From assembly GCF_009914755.1 (NCBI RefSeq), contig NC_060930.1: a stretch of DNA of 64,000 bases, one strand, 5' to 3'. Of this stretch, positions 58,900 through 64,000 are shown in pieces (the stretch's first letter is position 1; each line of letters starts with the position of its first letter). Origin of the DNA: the human T2T-CHM13v2.0 reference genome, Homo sapiens. The translations under genes and the position numbers were made by a program. Under the pieces are notes generated by a model. It was not told the origin of the DNA. It saw only the letters and a list, made by a program, of their open reading frames with translations, and made no database searches.

Positions 58900-59209
58900 G
58901 CTAGTATATACTATGTACCCCCTTCTTCATTCATCTCTGCTGGCTTTGTACCTAACCCACAGCTTCATCTTCTAATCTGGCTTGCTACTAACCTCAGACC
59001 CTGGGCCTTGAAGTTGGTAAAACATTGAAGACCATCTGTTTTAAATCACTCCAATGAACAACACTGAGGACCCTAAGCTAGTAATCCTAGCTCCAATGTT
59101 GGACAAGTGAACACTAATAGTAGGACTCATTAGCATGTAATGCTATGTCATTCTAATGAATGTATTGTGAGTCAAATGAAATAAAAGTTATATGCTTTTA
59201 ATATATCAT

Positions 59210-59400
59210 AGTCTTAAGACTGGAAAGGATTTTTTTAGACTATCTGGTGTAATAGTGTCATTTCAAATTCTTATCTTTCAGATGGGGAAACCAAGAAACT
59301 GAGAATCAAAGAGGTTAAATGACTTAAGAAAGATTTCACCTCTAGTTAGAGGCAGAGACAAATCTAGAATTTTTCCTGATTCTGAGTGCAATGCACTTTC
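59210..59400 (-). mobile_element. MIR/MIR3 fragment
   Basis: ctggaaaggat...agactatctggt...cagatggggaaac...aactgagaatcaaagaggttaaatgactt...ctagaatttttcctgattctgagtgc. Confidence 0.6.
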
Positions 59401-60569
59401 CTGACCTTCACTCAACCTGAGTTTGATCTTACAGAGGAAGTCTTTGAAGACCTGCTGGGACAATTGTTTGTTTCCCACAGAATTCTGCGGCTAGCTCTAT
59501 TTCCTTAATCCTGAAATTCCAGCTCAGTACTTATTTTCCAAACCTGTCACCATTAACTTGATTTTCTTCCTTTCCTCTTCCTTGCTCCCCATCATATGTA
59601 AACTCTGATTTATATCTGACCAGGAAACACACTCAAAATATATTTCTCAAGTGTTTACCCAATGGTGCCCCAGGCAATACCAATAATGATGAGCTAAACA
59701 ATCATATATTATTGTCTGTGAATATTTACTTTGTGACAGAGTCCTAATCCTCTCCCAAATGGTTAGCAAATTCACTGAAATTATTTACTGGAAGAATTCT
59801 AATTTTTCAAATAATTCTTCTTTATCTAAGTCCCACAATTATCTTCTCTTATCCAGCTTCCCCCAAGCCCCACTTCAGACCTTACTTACTGAATTTTTTC
59901 TAGCTCTTTAACCTCTCTGTAGTACTTCATCCCTTAATGCTTTTGTTCTTACTGATTATTTTCTCCTAAAATATATCCATCATCCTATTTGTTTATACAT
60001 TTATTATAGAATGCATTTTCTAAACACTTGTGTTAGGAATGAGGCTAGGTGCTGGTGTGGTCATCAGCAAAGTACACAGTCCATGAACTCATAGCAGGTA
60101 GGATACAGACAAATGAAATGGCAATTATAAAAGCACATGAAATAAGTGCAACAATTAGATAAGTGTAGATACGTTGTTGGGAGAAACACCTAAGACGGCC
60201 TTTGTGGAGGGAATCTGTTTGTGTGTGAAATCATGGCTTGTCCATCATTGTATTGGCTGGGATTGATGAGCAAATGATATGTAATACACACTCAATAAAT
60301 GTTGGTAGAACTAATAAGAATGATCTGTGGTGAAATGACTCCTGAGACAGTGACTATGTTCTCTTTACTTCCAGGTCACTTTGCATCGTAAACACTTAAT
60401 GTCTCTCTAGATAGAATTAATCAGAGAGTGGTAGAAACTATTAACACCTGGATACTTCAGTTTTATAAACTAAAAGCTTTTGAGTTATTTTACCCATTGA
60501 ATGATCTTTATTGCCTGCTCAGACTGAGTAAATTCAAGCACCTGAAGGATAAATGAAAGTTTATCCTTT

Positions 60570-60756
60570 AGATATAACAGGTTTGCATCCTGGCTCTGCC
60601 ATTTATGAGTATTGACTTGAGGTTCATTAATTAAGCCCTCTAAGCCCTAGCTGTTAAACGGGCATAATCAGGATACGTTGAAGGAATTAAAAGTAATAAC
60701 ATGCAAAGGAACTGAAACAGTGACTGCTACACAGTAAACACTCAATAAATGTTAAT
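60570..60756 (+). mobile_element. MIR
   Basis: ggtttgcatcctggctctgccatttat...ctgttaaacgggcataat...acacagtaaacactcaataaatgtta. Confidence 0.7.
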
Positions 60757-61052
60757 CCTCTTTGCATCCTCCTCTAAACCTTTGATAATATATATTTAGC
60801 ATAATATTTTGGAATATCTGAAAGTAAATGAAATTATGCACAAGTAATTGAATTTCTATTCATATTTTTGCATAGTAGTTACTATCTGGATACTAGGCTG
60901 AAAAGAATAAAAAATTGGAACTCTTTAAGTAAATGCGCTTTTCTGTCTCTTATATACATCCAGTTGGCTATTGAAACAACATGGGAGAAAGGCAGGCAGA
61001 AGCAAGATACCCCATCCACTTACCTTATTTTTTCTCTACATGAAATAAATGA

Positions 61053-61377
<325 letters not shown>

Positions 61378-61453
61378 GTTACATCTATTTTTAAACAACA
61401 TGTTTGTATCATTTGGAAATTCAATTACTTGGAAACTTGATGGTCTAGGAATA

Positions 61454-61878
61454 TGTCATAGAGACCTCCGGGTCATCTCCTTTTCTTCTTGAGCCCACAG
61501 GGAGTCTACATTTCCAGGCCTCTCTTGCATTCAGGTGTGGCCCCACATGATTGGTTTCTAGTTAATGGAACGTAAGCATGTGACATATGCCACTTTCTAA
61601 GCCGACCCGTAAAATTATCCCACATATGATTCTTCATATCTTTACACTTTCAAGCTAATTGGAAAGCATGCACCCCCTAGTATGACCTTGGAGAGATGGC
61701 AGAAACACAGGATGGAAAGCACCTGAGTCCCTGAATCACTGCTTGGAGAGCTACTGAAACAGAAATATCCTTTTGGATTATTTGTATTGTCGAGTGAGAA
61801 ATAACTTATATTATGCTAAGCCACTTAGATTTGGAAGTGCTTCTTTTGCAGTATCCAGCATTATTCCTTTCCAATACA
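61454..61878 (+). mobile_element. Old MLT1 (H/I/J-like) MaLR solo LTR
   Basis: ctacatttccaggcctctcttgca...gatggcagaaacacaggatggaaagcacctgagtccctgaatcactgcttggag...gagtgagaaataac...taagccact...aataca. Confidence 0.8.
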
Positions 61879-62157
61879 TGACTTAAAAGATAAAGATAGA
61901 GACTTTAGTTCTAGTCCTCTCTTTACTAGCAATTGGTTTCATTTTAAATAATGGTTTCCCTTTCCAAGGTTTTAGATAGACTGTTTAAGAAGAGATGTTA
62001 CTTCTTAGTTTTCTTTACATTCTCAACTCACAATGTAGTACCTAGAAAATAATAGTGGCTCAATAAAAATTTGATAAATAAAGTAATTTCATTCAGTAAG
62101 CCATTGTTTTTATACTGAGAAGAATCTGTCTGAAATGTTGTTTATTTGCATAAACTT

Positions 62158-62382
62158 TCCAGTCAAACTTCCTGGGTTCAAATCCTGGCTCAAACACTTA
62201 ATGACTGACTGTGATCAAGTTAATTAACCTCTCCGCGTCTTAGTTCTCTTATTTGTAAAATGTGGATAAAAACGGAAACCTACTTTGAAGTTATCCCCAC
62301 TATTATTATGGGGGTTAAGGAGCTAGTAGATTTCAAACCCGTAGAGCAGGGCGTGGCCATAGTAAAGATTTCAATAATATCA
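62158..62382 (+). mobile_element. MIR
   Basis: cctgggttcaaatcctggctc...caagttaattaacctctccgcgtcttagttctcttatttgtaaaatgtggataa. Confidence 0.75.
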
Positions 62383-64000
62383 ACCTGTATTTAGTATTTC
62401 TATGTGACAGATGATGTTCTAGTACCACTATTCTACCAAAGGCCAAGCATATGTTCTTCACAGAGCCCACATCTGTATTTTGTGGTGATTTATTGGAATC
62501 CTATATGAGAGTGTGCTTTACTGAGAATGATTATGCTGGGTTTCTGAAATCAAGGTTTAGATGTAAGAATATTTGGTGGGAAAATTATGAATAACAGGGA
62601 GCTTCAAACTTCTAAAAATAAGTTTTTAAACGGTGAAAGCTAACAAGAAGCTGCAAAAATGTCTTTGCCTGAAATAATTGCCCTGGGATGGTGAGAGAGT
62701 CATGTTAATTCTCGAAAGCTAAGCTCAAATGTTACCTCTTCCGCAAAGCCTTAGCTGAGGGCTCCACAAAGCAATTATGAGTTCCTTCTCAGTGCATTTT
62801 AAATTGTTCACCTTTTTCTACCTTGAATTGTAGATATATATATGTTTTTGTTTTCTCTTACACTAAATATAAGCTTCTAGTGTCTAAGTCCACATCATTG
62901 TACTGATTTTTTGCATCTGAAACATGAAGAACAATGGAAAATGGAACAAACTGGACAATTCTGCTGTCCTTTAATTTTTAGGCTTTCCTGAAGTAACATC
63001 AGGGGAAAATGGCACCCAGTATCTGGTGGAAGAGGCAAATCTCTAAGAAAAAATTATGTCTTTAAGAAAATTATTGAAGGTGATTTGATTTTAAAATAGA
63101 ACATGGGAGTATTTTCATAGCCCTCTAAATGTTGAAAAAAAAAGCAAAACCAAAGAAAAAGCTGAATAGCCATTGCTTTAGGTACTCTGGGAGTAGCATT
63201 GGCTGGCTCAAAGCCCTGGGAAGCAACTTAAAGTCATTCCTTTCTAACTCTGCATCACACTACCACACTTTACACATAAGCCGACTCTCAACTTCCAGAC
63301 CAATGCCAGAGATCAATGATTCATATAAATGCAGCCGGCAGATAATTGGCCAGTTGGGTCAGAATCACCAGCCTTGTTTCAGTGATAGAAACACCTGCCT
63401 GAGATAGGAGGTCCGATTCTCTTTAACAGATTCTCACCTGTCTAGCTCAGATGAGTTACATCAATACTGACCATGGAGCTGTGGCACAAAATCTAAGTCT
63501 GGAAGTCGAAATCTGAGCTCTGTCCTTGACCTAGCAGAGGGTCTGGCACACATTGAAGAGGCAAATGTCACTGACTGGCTCTGGACAAGCCATCTAAGTT
63601 ATCTGGGCCTCAGTTCTCTATAATGAGAAATGAAGGATTTGGACCACATTCCTTTTCAGCTGGTTGGCATTTCAGGGTGACAGAATGAAAATGTATGCCC
63701 TTTCATAATATCTGTATGAAAGACGAGAGGTAAGGTGTTATTACTTCCTCATTGGCTACCTTCTCCAATACAAGCATGCACACATACGCATAGACACACT
63801 TGCAACCACCTACGCATACACTTGCTCTGGCATTATTCATACAAGGAAACTAAAAACAGTTTACTGAATTTTCCTCTAGTGGCCTAACTGCATACTGCGT
63901 CTCCCTAGGTGCTTGGTGATGCAGGCAGTGACCAGCTAACTTTGAATCAGTGACCCCCGAAGGATGATACTACTGAACAGGTTATCATGGCTGCAAATAT

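Overview
Human (primate) non-coding genomic DNA. It is AT-rich and repeat-rich, and is either a gene desert or a large intron; the AluYa5 is the main evidence for human. No cellular protein-coding exon, RNA gene or CRISPR-type system is supportable, and every convincing ORF is a broken LINE-1 fragment. Main content: a near-full-length ancient L1MA8/9-type LINE-1 (~8.2-15.6 kb, minus) with two nested Alus and a degenerate ~130-140 bp monomer array at its 5' end; a full-length dead L1PA5/6-type element (49.7-55.9 kb, minus); six Alus, including a near-consensus AluYa5; MaLR solo LTRs (THE1, two MLT1); DNA-transposon fossils (MER5, MER33, MER20, MER58A, MER2); many MIR/L2 relics; and a perfect 65-bp x3 minisatellite. 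I found no new multi-gene system. The most interesting signals are (1) a ~150-bp patchwork at 41632-41779 built from four locally templated segments joined by microhomology, (2) a probable LF-SINE head at ~26045-26130, (3) two template-switch hairpins inside otherwise consensus-like repeats, and (4) several motif-dense non-repetitive islands that may be enhancers. Repeat subfamily calls come from recalled consensus sequences, not a database search, and boundaries of old repeats are approximate.
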